From: an uncultured bacterium | GTDB lineage: Bacteria; Acidobacteriota; Thermoanaerobaculia; Multivoradales; JAHZIX01 | Length of the DNA: 64,000 bases | Direction: 5' to 3' | NCBI GenBank assembly: GCA_965368975.1 | Contig: CBDUPA010000004.1 | Coordinates: 192,001-256,000 of the forward strand | In this document: positions 20,543 to 29,907 of the stretch, one piece after another | Numbering within the stretch: position 1 is the stretch's first letter | Layout: every line of letters starts with the position of its first letter | Program-made: the position numbers and the translations under genes | Notes under the pieces: model-generated | What the model was told of the DNA's origin: nothing | Databases searched by the model: none | Seen by the model: only the letters and a program-made list of their open reading frames with translations

Positions 20543-21934
20543 TTGTCGACTCGGAACCTATTGGCTGCTATCGCAGCCGTGATCCTACTTGCCGCAGCGG
20601 CTGCGCCAGCTCGCGCCTCCTCAGACAGTCAGCGGCCGGCAGACCTTCTGCTCTCGACGCTCGAACCATCGGCTCTCGCCGACTTCGTGAGCGAAGTCTT
20701 GGAGCGCAGTCCACGCCTGGCGCGGGCCCGCGCCGAAGCGGCAGCGATGGAGGTGCGGGCGCCGCAGGTGCGTGCGTTACCGGACCCGGTCGCGTCGCTG
20801 ACCCTCTTCCTGCTGCCCCCGGAGACGCGCGTCGGACCGCAGCGCTTGACGGTCGGGGTGTCGCAAGCCCTACCCTGGTGGAGCAAGCTCGAATTGCGCG
20901 AGCGTGACGCGCTCTACCAGGCTGCCGCGGCGCGCGCCCAGGTCGATGCTGAGCGCCTGAAGTTGCTCACCGAGGCGCGCACGCTCGCGTACGAGCTGGC
21001 GTTCACGGTCGAGCTGGCGACGATTGCGCGCCAGGAACGCGACCATCTACGACGTCACGAAGAAGCCGCCCAGGCGCGCTACGCGGCTGGCGTTGGCCTA
21101 CAGCAGGCTGTGATCAAGGTGCAGGCCGAGATCACGCGCGCTGAGCAGCGGCTATTGGAGATCGAGCAACGACGGCGGAGCCTCGTCAGCCGGCTGAACG
21201 CGTTGCGTGAGCGGCCGGCGGACACGGCGGTGCCGGCCGTGACCCTGCCCGAGATCTCCGCGTCCGACTTGACGCTTTCGGAGTTCGACGGCGCCTCCTT
21301 CGGCGATCTCCTCGCGGATCTGCGCGCTGCGGCGCGTGTGCAACGGCCGGAACTGGTGGCTTTGCAGGCGCAGCTGCAGGCAGCGGAAGCCCGCGTCGAG
21401 CTGGCGCAGAAGAGGCGGTTGCCGGACTTCACCGTTGGCCTCGGGTACACGGTCGTCGATCGTCGTGACGATGCCCCGGGCCGTGCCAATCCGCCGCCGG
21501 ACAATGGGGAAGACATCCTGGCCATCACGGGTGGGGTCCGGCTGCCTCTGTGGCGAGAGAGCCTGGCGGCCAGCTTGGAAGAAGCTCTGCAGCGCCAGCG
21601 TGTCCTCGAGTTCGCCGAACGCCAGCTGCACAGCGACATCGAACGTGACCTCGGCGATCTGCTGTCCCGGCTGCCGCTGCTGCACGAGCAGTGTCGCTTG
21701 TTCGATCGGGTCCTGCTGCTGCAAGCCGAAGAGGCCCTGCACTCAGCTGAGACGGCGTACGCCACCGGCAAGACCGACGTACTGAACCTTCTCGACGCCG
21801 AACACGTGCTATTCGACGTTCGTCGCGGTCGCTTGCGGGCGCGCGCAGACTTCGTCGTCGCCTTGGCGCAGCTGGAGGGAGTGACGGGAGTGCCCCTGCG
21901 AGGAGAATTACAGACAATGGAGAACGTGCAATGA
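20543..21934 (+). CDS. TolC-family outer membrane factor of a heavy-metal RND system (CusC/CzcC-like)
   Basis: Signal peptide, ALPDP, SQALPWWSK, RLPDF, YATGKTDVLNLLDA helical repeats. TTG 20543 follows GGAGGA. Confidence 0.88.
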   Translation: MSTRNLLAAIAAVILLAAAAAPARASSDSQRPADLLLSTLEPSALADFVSEVLERSPRLARARAEAAAMEVRAPQVRALPDPVASLTLFLLPPETRVGPQRLTVGVSQALPWWSKLELRERDALYQAAAARAQVDAERLKLLTEARTLAYELAFTVELATIARQERDHLRRHEEAAQARYAAGVGLQQAVIKVQAEITRAEQRLLEIEQRRRSLVSRLNALRERPADTAVPAVTLPEISASDLTLSEFDGASFGDLLADLRAAARVQRPELVALQAQLQAAEARVELAQKRRLPDFTVGLGYTVVDRRDDAPGRANPPPDNGEDILAITGGVRLPLWRESLAASLEEALQRQRVLEFAERQLHSDIERDLGDLLSRLPLLHEQCRLFDRVLLLQAEEALHSAETAYATGKTDVLNLLDAEHVLFDVRRGRLRARADFVVALAQLEGVTGVPLRGELQTMENVQ

Positions 21935-23427
21935 AGTCGTTTCCCCGTACCTTGTTGACCGTCGTGGCAAGCGCGCTCGCGGGCATCTGTGTGACCGTCT
22001 TGGTTGTTCTCGATCCGCTCGGGCTGCATCCGTTCGACGAGCGCTGGTTCGGTGACGAACAGGAGCAGGCTAGCAGCGGCCAGTTGTGGACCTGCGGCAT
22101 GCACCCGCAAGTGATGCTCGAGGAGTCGGGCGCGTGCCCGATCTGCCACATGGAGCTGGTACCGCTGGACGCCGAGGAGGACCACACGCACGACGCTGGC
22201 GCTGAGCCAGACGAACTCTGGACGTGCCCGATGCATCCCAACATCTTGCAGCACGAGTTCGGCCGCTGCCCGATCTGTGGCATGGATCTGGTGCGCGTCG
22301 AAGTCGAGGAGAGCGACTCGAGCACCTCGACTGCCGGCGATCCACAGCAGGGAGCCATCGTGTCGCTGGAGCCGTCGGTGATCCAGACGATGAATGTTCG
22401 CACGGCGCCGGTCGAGCGGCGGGACCTGGCGCGCGAGATTCGCACCGTCGGCTACCTGGAGTACGACCCGGAACGTATGGTCACCGTGACGACCAAGTAC
22501 GCGGGCTGGGTGGAGAAGGTCTATGTGAACTATGTCGGCGAGCGCGTGCGCCGGGGTCAACCGCTGTTCGAGATCTACGCGCCGGAGCTGGTGCAGACGG
22601 AGCAAGAGCTGCTCTCCGCGCTCGACTTCGCCGCCCGTATGGCACGCCTGTCGGAGAACGGGGACGATTCCGAGTCTGACCAGGATGCCCTGCGGCGCGC
22701 CGAGGCCCTGGTGGAGGCGGCACGAACGCGGCTGCGCTACTGGGACATCCGCGACGAACAGGTCGCCGAGCTGGAGCGTACGCGGGAGGTGTTCCGCACG
22801 CTGACGGTCACGGCGCCGGCCTCCGGGGTCGTGATGAAGCGCATGGACGGCCTCGAAGGCATGGCAGTCAGGCCCGGGATGGAGACCTTTCACCTGGTCG
22901 ATCTGTCGGGCTTGTGGTTGTCCGTGGAGGTGTATGAAGATCAGATCGGAGACATCGAGCGCGGCATGACGGCCGATGTCCACTTCAGCACCTACCCCGG
23001 CGAGACCTTCCACGGCACGGTGCGCTTTCTGGAGCCGGAGCTGTCCGAGCGGACGCGTACGCTCGGGCTCAAGCTGGCGGTTTCCAACCGAGACGGCCGG
23101 TTGCGTCCGGGTATGTATGCGACGGTCGAGCTGCAGCCCGTTGCCGCGCCCGACGCCCTGACCGTGCCCTCTGCCGCCGTGCTGCGCACCGGCGAGCGCG
23201 ATGTCGTGGTGGTGTCGCTGGGCGGTGGTCGCTTCGCGCCACGCACCGTCACGGTGGGGCACGAGTTGCAGGGCCGCACGCAACTGCTCGACGGCGTCCA
23301 CGAAGGCGAGCACGTGGTGACGTCGGCGCAGTTCCTGCTCGATTCCGAGTCGAACCTGCGGGCGGCGATCCAGCGCTTGGCGTCTCAAGAGCGGTCCTCG
23401 CGGCAGCAGCAGGAAGGGGGGAGTTGA
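21931..23427 (+). CDS. cusB: CusB-type RND periplasmic adaptor with two N-terminal heavy-metal-binding domains
   Basis: WTCGMHP...CPICHMEL and WTCPMHP...CPICGMDL; GWVEKV, YAPELVQTEQE, LRPGMY, AQFLLDSES. Confidence 0.88.
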   Translation: MKSFPRTLLTVVASALAGICVTVLVVLDPLGLHPFDERWFGDEQEQASSGQLWTCGMHPQVMLEESGACPICHMELVPLDAEEDHTHDAGAEPDELWTCPMHPNILQHEFGRCPICGMDLVRVEVEESDSSTSTAGDPQQGAIVSLEPSVIQTMNVRTAPVERRDLAREIRTVGYLEYDPERMVTVTTKYAGWVEKVYVNYVGERVRRGQPLFEIYAPELVQTEQELLSALDFAARMARLSENGDDSESDQDALRRAEALVEAARTRLRYWDIRDEQVAELERTREVFRTLTVTAPASGVVMKRMDGLEGMAVRPGMETFHLVDLSGLWLSVEVYEDQIGDIERGMTADVHFSTYPGETFHGTVRFLEPELSERTRTLGLKLAVSNRDGRLRPGMYATVELQPVAAPDALTVPSAAVLRTGERDVVVVSLGGGRFAPRTVTVGHELQGRTQLLDGVHEGEHVVTSAQFLLDSESNLRAAIQRLASQERSSRQQQEGGS

Positions 23428-23428
23428 C

Positions 23429-26400
23429 ATGCTGGCCAAGCTCATCGAGTGGTCCCTGCGCAACCAGCTGCTGGTGATCGTCGGTGTCGTGACGTCGGTG
23501 GTCGCCGGCCTGTGGGCGGTGCAGGAGATCCGCCTCGACGCCATTCCCGACCTCACCGACACACAGGTGATCGTCTACACCGAGTTTTCCGGTCAAGGGC
23601 CGCAGGTGGTCCAAGATCAGGTCACCTTTCCGATCAGCTCGACCTTGCTTGCCGTGCCGCACGCCAAGGTGGTGCGCGGCTACTCCTTCTTCGGCTTCTC
23701 GCTGGTCTACGTGCTGTTCGAAGATGGCACTGATCTCTACTGGGCCCGCGCCCGCGTGCTGGAGACGCTGTCCGGACTCACAGGGCAGCTGCCTGACGCC
23801 GTGGCACCGCGGCTGGGGCCGGATGCCACGGGCGTCGGTTGGGCCTACATCTACACGCTCAATTCTGACCGGCGCTCGCTCGAGGAGTTGCGCAGCCTGC
23901 AGGATTGGTATCTCCGCTACGGCTTGACCGCGGTCGAGGGCGTTTCCGAGGTCGCCTCGGTCGGTGGCTTCGTGCGCCAGTACCAAGTCGAAGTCGACCC
24001 CGTACGCATGCGGGCCTATGGCGTTTCTCTGCCACGCGTGCGCGACGCCATTCGCCGCTCCAACAGGGACGTTGGTGGCCGTCTGCTGGAGATGGCGGAG
24101 CGCGAGCTGATGATCCGCGGGCGCGGGTACATCCGAGAGATCGAGGACCTGGAGCAGATCCCTCTTGGGAGCGGCGCCGGGGGCGTGCCGATCCTGCTCA
24201 GCGATGTCGCTCGGGTCAGTATTGGCCCGGAGATCCGGCGCGGCCTGGTCGACTGGAACGGCGAGGGTGAGACCGTGGCCGGTATCGTCGTGGTGCGCTC
24301 GGGTGCCGACACGCTGAGCACCATCGCGCGGGTCAAGGAGAGGCTGGAAGAGCTGCGCGCCGGCCTGCCGGACGACGTACGCATCGACGTCGCTTACGAC
24401 CGCACGCAGCTGATCGAGCGCTCGGTCGAGACGCTGACCGACACGCTGGTCGAAGAGTCGATCGTGGTGGCACTGGTGTGCCTGATCTTTCTCTTCCACC
24501 TGCGCTCGGCCTTTGTCGCCATCGTGTCGATCCCGATGTCGATCCTCCTGGCGCTGGTCCTGATGCATCTGCAGGGCCTGGGCGCCAACATCATGTCCCT
24601 GGGTGGCATCGCGATCTCGATCGGGGTGCTGGTAGATGCAGCGATCATCATGGTCGAGAACGCCCACAAACACTTGGAGAAGGCGCCGAGTGACGGTAGA
24701 CATTCGCATTTCGACCTGATCTTGCGGGCGTCGCAGGAAGTTGGGCCGACGCTCTTCTTCACCCTCTTGATCATCACCGTCTCGTTCCTGCCCATCTTCA
24801 CCCTGCAGGATCAGGAGGGGCGCCTGTTCAAGCCGCTGGCCTTTACCAAGACCTATGCCATGGGCTTGTCGGCGATCCTGGCGGTGACGGTCGTGCCGGT
24901 GCTCATGTACTGGTTCGTGCGCGGGCGCGTGTGGAGCGAAGACAAGCACCCGGTATCGCGCCTGCTGCGCTGGCTCTACAAGCCGTTCCTGAATCTGGCG
25001 CTGCGCTGGCGCTGGCCGCTGCTCGTGGCCACCGTGCTGGTGCTGGCCTTGACCTTCATTCCGCTGCAACGCATCGGTTCAGAGTTCATGCCGCCGCTGT
25101 GGGAGGGTGACATCCTCTACATGCCGACGACGCTGCCCGGAATCTCGATCGACAAGGCGCGCGAGCTGACCCAGCAAACCGACCGGCTGATCGCCGAAGT
25201 GCCGGAAGTGATCAGCGTGCTGGGCAAGGCGGGGCGTGCCGAGACGCCCACGGACCCGGCGCCCCTGTCGATGTTGGAGACGCACATCTTGCTCAAAGAC
25301 CCGAGCGAATGGCGTCCAGGCTTGACGCGCGAGGATCTGATTCGCGAACTCGACGAGCGGGTGCAGATTCCAGGCCTCACCAACGCCTGGACGATGCCGA
25401 TCCGCACGCGCATCGACATGCTGTCGACCGGTATCCGGACGCCGGTCGGCATCAAGATCGGCGGCCCCGACCTGGTGACCCTGGAGCGCCTGGCACAGGA
25501 GGTCGAAACCCTGGTCAAGCCGCTGCCCGGTACGCTCACCGCCTACGCCGAGCGCGTCATGGGTGGTACCTACCTGGACTTCGACATCGATCGTGCCGCT
25601 GCCGCGCGCTACGGCCTGACGGTGGGAGATGTGCAAGACGTGATCCAGACCGCGGCCGGCGGCATGAACGTCACCTGGACGGTCGAGGGGCTGGAGCGCT
25701 ACCCGGTGAATGTGCGCTATCCGCGCGAGCTGCGCGACGATCCCGAAGCTCTGGGGCAGATCCTGGTGCCGACGCCGGGCGGTGCCCAGATTCCGCTCAG
25801 CCAGCTGTCGACGCTGGAGATCCATGCCGGTCCGCCGGGCATCAAGTCGGAGAATGCACGCCCCAATGCCTGGGTCTACGTCGATCTCCGCGGGATCGAT
25901 GTCGGCACCTGGGTCGAGCGGGCACGCCAGGTCGTCGACGCGCATCTCGAGCTACCGCCCGGGTACACCCTCTTCTGGTCCGGTCAGTACGAAGCGATGG
26001 AGCGGGCGCGGGCCCGCCTGCTGGTCATCGTGCCGCTGACGCTGCTGGTCATCTTCGTCATCCTCTACGTCCACACGCGTTCGTGGGTGAAGACGGCGAT
26101 GGTCCTGCTGGCCGTGCCGTGTGCCCTGGTGGGCTCGGTGTGGCTGCTCGACGCGCTGGACTACAACAGCTCGGTCGCCGTTTGGGTCGGCCTGATTGCG
26201 CTGGCTGGTCTGGCGGCCGAGACCGGCGTCGTGATGCTGCTCTATCTCGACCTGGCCTATGACGAGTGGAAGGCGAAGGGCCGGATGCAGACGTGGGCGC
26301 ACTTGGTCGAAGCCGTCGACCACGGCGCGCTGCAGCGCATCCGACCCAAGATGATGACCGTGGCCACGGTCCTGGTATCTCTGGTTCCCATCCTGTGGGC

Positions 26401-26611
26401 TACCGGAACCGGTGCCGACGTCATGCGCCGCATCGCCGCGCCGATGGTCGGTGGCATCCTGACCTCCTTCATCAGCGGGTTGTTCCTGTTCCCGGCGCTC
26501 TACTTCATCTGGCGCTGTCGAGGGTTGGAGCGTTCGGAGCTGTTCCCGACGCAGGCGGCGTTGCAGGAGAGCGAGTCGGAGTCGGAGCTCGACGAGGAGG
26601 AAACCGCGTAA
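23429..26611 (+). CDS. cusA: CusA/SilA-type Cu(I)/Ag(I) efflux RND permease
   Basis: LDAIPDL, LGPDATGVGW, EFMPPLWEGDILYMPTT, DPAPLSMLET, WTMPIRTRIDMLSTG, AAETGVVMLLY, RPKMMT. Confidence 0.93.
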   Translation: MLAKLIEWSLRNQLLVIVGVVTSVVAGLWAVQEIRLDAIPDLTDTQVIVYTEFSGQGPQVVQDQVTFPISSTLLAVPHAKVVRGYSFFGFSLVYVLFEDGTDLYWARARVLETLSGLTGQLPDAVAPRLGPDATGVGWAYIYTLNSDRRSLEELRSLQDWYLRYGLTAVEGVSEVASVGGFVRQYQVEVDPVRMRAYGVSLPRVRDAIRRSNRDVGGRLLEMAERELMIRGRGYIREIEDLEQIPLGSGAGGVPILLSDVARVSIGPEIRRGLVDWNGEGETVAGIVVVRSGADTLSTIARVKERLEELRAGLPDDVRIDVAYDRTQLIERSVETLTDTLVEESIVVALVCLIFLFHLRSAFVAIVSIPMSILLALVLMHLQGLGANIMSLGGIAISIGVLVDAAIIMVENAHKHLEKAPSDGRHSHFDLILRASQEVGPTLFFTLLIITVSFLPIFTLQDQEGRLFKPLAFTKTYAMGLSAILAVTVVPVLMYWFVRGRVWSEDKHPVSRLLRWLYKPFLNLALRWRWPLLVATVLVLALTFIPLQRIGSEFMPPLWEGDILYMPTTLPGISIDKARELTQQTDRLIAEVPEVISVLGKAGRAETPTDPAPLSMLETHILLKDPSEWRPGLTREDLIRELDERVQIPGLTNAWTMPIRTRIDMLSTGIRTPVGIKIGGPDLVTLERLAQEVETLVKPLPGTLTAYAERVMGGTYLDFDIDRAAAARYGLTVGDVQDVIQTAAGGMNVTWTVEGLERYPVNVRYPRELRDDPEALGQILVPTPGGAQIPLSQLSTLEIHAGPPGIKSENARPNAWVYVDLRGIDVGTWVERARQVVDAHLELPPGYTLFWSGQYEAMERARARLLVIVPLTLLVIFVILYVHTRSWVKTAMVLLAVPCALVGSVWLLDALDYNSSVAVWVGLIALAGLAAETGVVMLLYLDLAYDEWKAKGRMQTWAHLVEAVDHGALQRIRPKMMTVATVLVSLVPILWATGTGADVMRRIAAPMVGGILTSFISGLFLFPALYFIWRCRGLERSELFPTQAALQESESESELDEEETA

Positions 26612-26693
26612 GCGCAACGCGGCAGCGGTGGATGGGTAGAATTGCGCTCCACTCGCCGAGCCTCTCACCGGGCCTGGTATCGAAAGGATCGCC

Positions 26694-27947
26694 ATGAGCC
26701 TGTTCACCGTCGCCGCTATCGTCATCTCGCTGACCGCCGTTCTGAGCTGGCTCACGCGCCGCTACACGAGCCTGCCACATACCATCGGCATCTTGCTCGC
26801 CGCGCTGGCGGCATCGCTGTTGTTGATCGTGCTGGGGCTGTTCGGTCTCGGCCCCGAAGCTTGGGCCGAGCAGCTGCTGGAGCAGGTCGATTTCGACGAG
26901 CTGCTGATGAAGGGCATGCTCAGCTTCCTGCTCTTCGCTGGCGCGCTGCACGTCAACCTCAGCGATCTGCTAGAGCAGAAGTGGCCGATCCTGCTGCTCG
27001 CCACCTTCGGTGTCGCGATCTCGGCCTTCCTCGTCGGCGCGGGGATCTGGTGGCTGCTCGGCTTGCTCGGCATGCCGATTCCCTTCCTCTATGCCCTGCT
27101 CTTCGGCGCCCTCATTTCGCCCACCGACCCGATCGCTGTGCTCGGCGTGCTCAAGCAGATCAAGACGCCCAAGCCTTTGCAGGCCCTGATCGCTGGAGAG
27201 TCGCTTTTCAACGACGGTGTCGCGGTGGTCGTCTTTCTGGTGCTTCTGAGCCTGGCGACGGGCACTGGCGGTGCCGGCGGAGGCGACATGGACGGCGGCG
27301 GGATCGCGATGCTCTTTCTTGAAGAGGCCGTTGGCGGTGTCTTGCTCGGTCTGGCGCTCGGCTTCGTCGCCTACCAGATGCTCAAGCGGATGGACGACTA
27401 CACCGTCGAGGTGCTGATCACGCTGGCGGTGGTGATGGGTGGCTACGCGCTGGCCGGCAGCCTACACATGTCCGGCCCTCTCGCCATCGTCGTCGCGGGC
27501 CTGTTCCTCGGCAACCACGGCCGCCACTTCGCCATGTCCGACACGACCCGCGAGCACCTCGACACCTTCTGGGAGATGGTCGACGAGATCCTGAACGCCG
27601 TGCTCTTCGTCCTCATCGGCCTGGAATTGCTGATCCTGGAACTCGAGCCGAAGATGTTCCTGGTCGGCCTGCTAGCGATTCCTCTGGTCCTCGGTGTGCG
27701 GTTCACCACCGTCGGCGGCACCATCACCGGCCTGCGCAAGCTCGGCCACAAGCTACCTGTCTACACCGTCCGTATGCTCACCTGGGGCGGCATCCGCGGG
27801 GGCATCTCGATCGCCCTGGCGCTGGCCCTGCCACCTTCCCCGACCCGCGACCTGATCCTGGTCGCTACCTATGTCGTGGTGATCTTCTCGATCGTCGTCC
27901 AGGGCCTGACCGTCAGCGGGCTGGCACGGAAAGCGGGGGGAGCTTGA
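26694..27947 (+). CDS. nhaP: Na+/H+ antiporter, CPA1/NhaP family
   Basis: LLFAGALHV, ALISPTDPIAV, GESLFNDG, WGGIRGGISIALAL. Confidence 0.88.
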   Translation: MSLFTVAAIVISLTAVLSWLTRRYTSLPHTIGILLAALAASLLLIVLGLFGLGPEAWAEQLLEQVDFDELLMKGMLSFLLFAGALHVNLSDLLEQKWPILLLATFGVAISAFLVGAGIWWLLGLLGMPIPFLYALLFGALISPTDPIAVLGVLKQIKTPKPLQALIAGESLFNDGVAVVVFLVLLSLATGTGGAGGGDMDGGGIAMLFLEEAVGGVLLGLALGFVAYQMLKRMDDYTVEVLITLAVVMGGYALAGSLHMSGPLAIVVAGLFLGNHGRHFAMSDTTREHLDTFWEMVDEILNAVLFVLIGLELLILELEPKMFLVGLLAIPLVLGVRFTTVGGTITGLRKLGHKLPVYTVRMLTWGGIRGGISIALALALPPSPTRDLILVATYVVVIFSIVVQGLTVSGLARKAGGA

Positions 27948-27995
27948 CGTTTCGGCCAGCGACCCGAGGCTCAGCCTCAATCGTGCGTGGCCAAC

Positions 27996-28583
27996 TCAGC
28001 TGAACAGCTTGTCGACCGCCAGCACCCACCCCGGAACCGCGGGCTCCGCCTCGGCCAGACTGCCGCTGCCGTAGACGGCCGCGGGTGTCTCGGAATCGCC
28101 GTCGCGGAAGACGCGCACGGTCTCATCCCCGCGCAGGTCGACATCCCACACGACCAGCGTCCCGGCGGCGAAGTAGTCCGCGCGCTTGGCGGCCATCGCC
28201 TGCTCAGCCGCAGGACCATAGTCGTTCTCGCTACGGATCTCGACCGCGAACACCGGAGCACCCTGCATGAACCTCAAGTCCTTCGGTGGTGGGTCCTGGT
28301 GGAAGGCGATATCGGGACTGAAGCTCTTCCGGTTCGGCAGGTCGACCACGAAGCCGACGTTGTCCGGGTACACGTAGCCGCCGGCCTGCTTCTCGAAAGG
28401 ATAGAGGTGCCGGCAGAGGATGAAGCCCACGCGGCCGGGCAAGCCTCCGGTGGGACTCATACTGACCAGTCTGCCGTCGACAAGCTCCGCCTTGTCGGGT
28501 TCTCGATAGAGATCCGTGAGAGTCGCGGGATGCTTCGGCGCGGACGGGGGTGTCCCCGACGGGGACGTTTGGAGGTGTTCCAT
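27996..28583 (-). CDS. Uma2-family (PD-(D/E)xK) putative endonuclease
   Basis: KAELVDGRLVSMSP, SPDIAF, APVFAVEIRS, KRADYFAAG..VVWDVD. Confidence 0.9.
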   Translation of the reverse strand: MEHLQTSPSGTPPSAPKHPATLTDLYREPDKAELVDGRLVSMSPTGGLPGRVGFILCRHLYPFEKQAGGYVYPDNVGFVVDLPNRKSFSPDIAFHQDPPPKDLRFMQGAPVFAVEIRSENDYGPAAEQAMAAKRADYFAAGTLVVWDVDLRGDETVRVFRDGDSETPAAVYGSGSLAEAEPAVPGWVLAVDKLFS

Positions 28584-28705
28584 CTCTCAGAAAGCTTACT
28601 ACCTCGCGGCAGAGTTGGTTGCTTTCCTCCCGAAAGCCCAGATCAGCTGCTCCGTCGAGCGGCTGGGGGCAGAACAAAGAATACGGAGGTGTTCGACCGG
28701 AGGAA

Positions 28706-29803
28706 TTAGCCGCGCGCCGCGTGGCCGCGCGGGAAGCCGTACTGCAGACGCAGACGACGGAAGGCGGCCATGACGACTTCTTTGTCGGGGCCTTGGAGGC
28801 GGTCGCGCCAGGCGTAGAGGGTGCGGTAGCGGCGGGCGAGTTCGGGGAATTCGTCGGCCAGCCAGGGTAGGAATTGCTGGCGTGAGACGTTGTCGAGGAA
28901 GAGCGGAGCTCCGATCACGTCGGCGGCGCCAGCGTCGCGAGCGGCCTCGAAGAGGGGCTGCAGGTGGGCGTCGCTGTCGTTGATGCCAGGCAGGATGGGC
29001 ATCACGAAGACATTGACGTGGATGCCTTCGGCGGCCAGCTTCTCGATCGTGCGCAGGCGCGCGCGCGGGTCAGGTGCCTTGGGTTCCAGGCGCCGGGCGA
29101 GCAGGGGATTGACCGACGTCATGCTGACGTTGACGCTGATCGCTTGCTCGTGGTCCAGCTCGGTGAGCAGATCGAGGTCACGGGCGATCATCGGCGACTT
29201 GGTGGTGATGGCCAAGTTGAGGCCGGGGAAGTCGCGCAGCACCTCGAGCAGCGAGCGGGTGATCTGGTAATGGTGCTCGGCTGGCTGGTAAGGGTCGGTG
29301 GCGGTACCGATGGCAATGCGCTGGCCGCGCAGGTCGCTCTTCTTGAGCCGGCGGCGCAGGGACAGCGCGGCGCCCTGCTTGACGTAGATCTTGCTCTCGA
29401 AGTCTTGCCAGTCCGTGTCGCCGTTCTGCCGCTTGAAGGTATTGCTCTTGAAGAAGCTGTGCGTCGAGCGGGCATAGCAATACGGGCAACCGAATTCGCA
29501 GCCGCGATAGGGATTGATCGTCCAATCGAACGGCAGCATCGGGCTCTTGTTGCGATTGAGGATCTCGCGCACGCCGAGTTCGTGGTACTCGACGCCTGGT
29601 CGGCAGCGCAGAGCATCGGCGTCCGGGTCGGGGCGACCGACGGGACGCGGCATCGGCAGCAGCGGCAGCAAGGTTTGTTGGCCTAGTTGCGGCGCCGGTT
29701 GCGCAAGCGAAGGGGCCGGTTGTGCAAGCGAAGCTGCCTTGTGGATCAAATCGGTGGCGTGATCCAAGGTACGGGCGGCGGTTGCGGTCGGTTGGGTTGC
29801 CAT
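28706..29803 (-). CDS. Radical SAM protein, SplB-like (Rv2578c/PA0069 type), putative DNA repair
   Basis: INPYRGCEFGCPYCYAR (CxxxCxxC), IGTATDPYQPAE, TTKS, RLEPKAP, MPILPGIND. Confidence 0.9.
   Translation of the reverse strand: MATQPTATAARTLDHATDLIHKAASLAQPAPSLAQPAPQLGQQTLLPLLPMPRPVGRPDPDADALRCRPGVEYHELGVREILNRNKSPMLPFDWTINPYRGCEFGCPYCYARSTHSFFKSNTFKRQNGDTDWQDFESKIYVKQGAALSLRRRLKKSDLRGQRIAIGTATDPYQPAEHHYQITRSLLEVLRDFPGLNLAITTKSPMIARDLDLLTELDHEQAISVNVSMTSVNPLLARRLEPKAPDPRARLRTIEKLAAEGIHVNVFVMPILPGINDSDAHLQPLFEAARDAGAADVIGAPLFLDNVSRQQFLPWLADEFPELARRYRTLYAWRDRLQGPDKEVVMAAFRRLRLQYGFPRGHAARG
29691..29732. repeat. 21-bp tandem duplication in the N-terminus of the radical SAM gene (SLAQPAP x2)
   Basis: GGCGCCGGTTGCGCAAGCGAA followed by GGGGCCGGTTGTGCAAGCGAA. 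Confidence 0.8.
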
Positions 29804-29804
29804 G

Positions 29805-29842
29805 TTACGCCCAGTTTACGCCTCGAGTATGGCGGAAGTCAA
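29805..29842 (-). promoter_or_regulatory. Promoter of the radical SAM gene with an overlapping direct-repeat operator candidate
   Basis: Minus strand reads TTGACT-N18-TAAACT-N9-ATG. GGCGTAA occurs twice at 11-bp period (plus-strand TTACGCC at 29805-29811 and 29816-29822). Confidence 0.6.
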
Positions 29843-29907
29843 GCGGTAATTCTTGGAAGCCAGATTCTGGCTGCCGCGCTGCTCGCGTTCGTCGTATCAT
29901 CCGCACG

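Noticed and set aside
21079-25069. Long minus-strand ORFs (827 aa at 21079-23562, 606 aa at 23249-25069)
   Set aside because: Antisense shadows of cusC/cusB/cusA with no recognisable motifs; expected in high-GC coding DNA.
27996-28583. Uma2 nuclease as part of a defence or restriction system
   Set aside because: Stand-alone gene with no methylase or other defence genes adjacent; this family is commonly scattered as paralogues.
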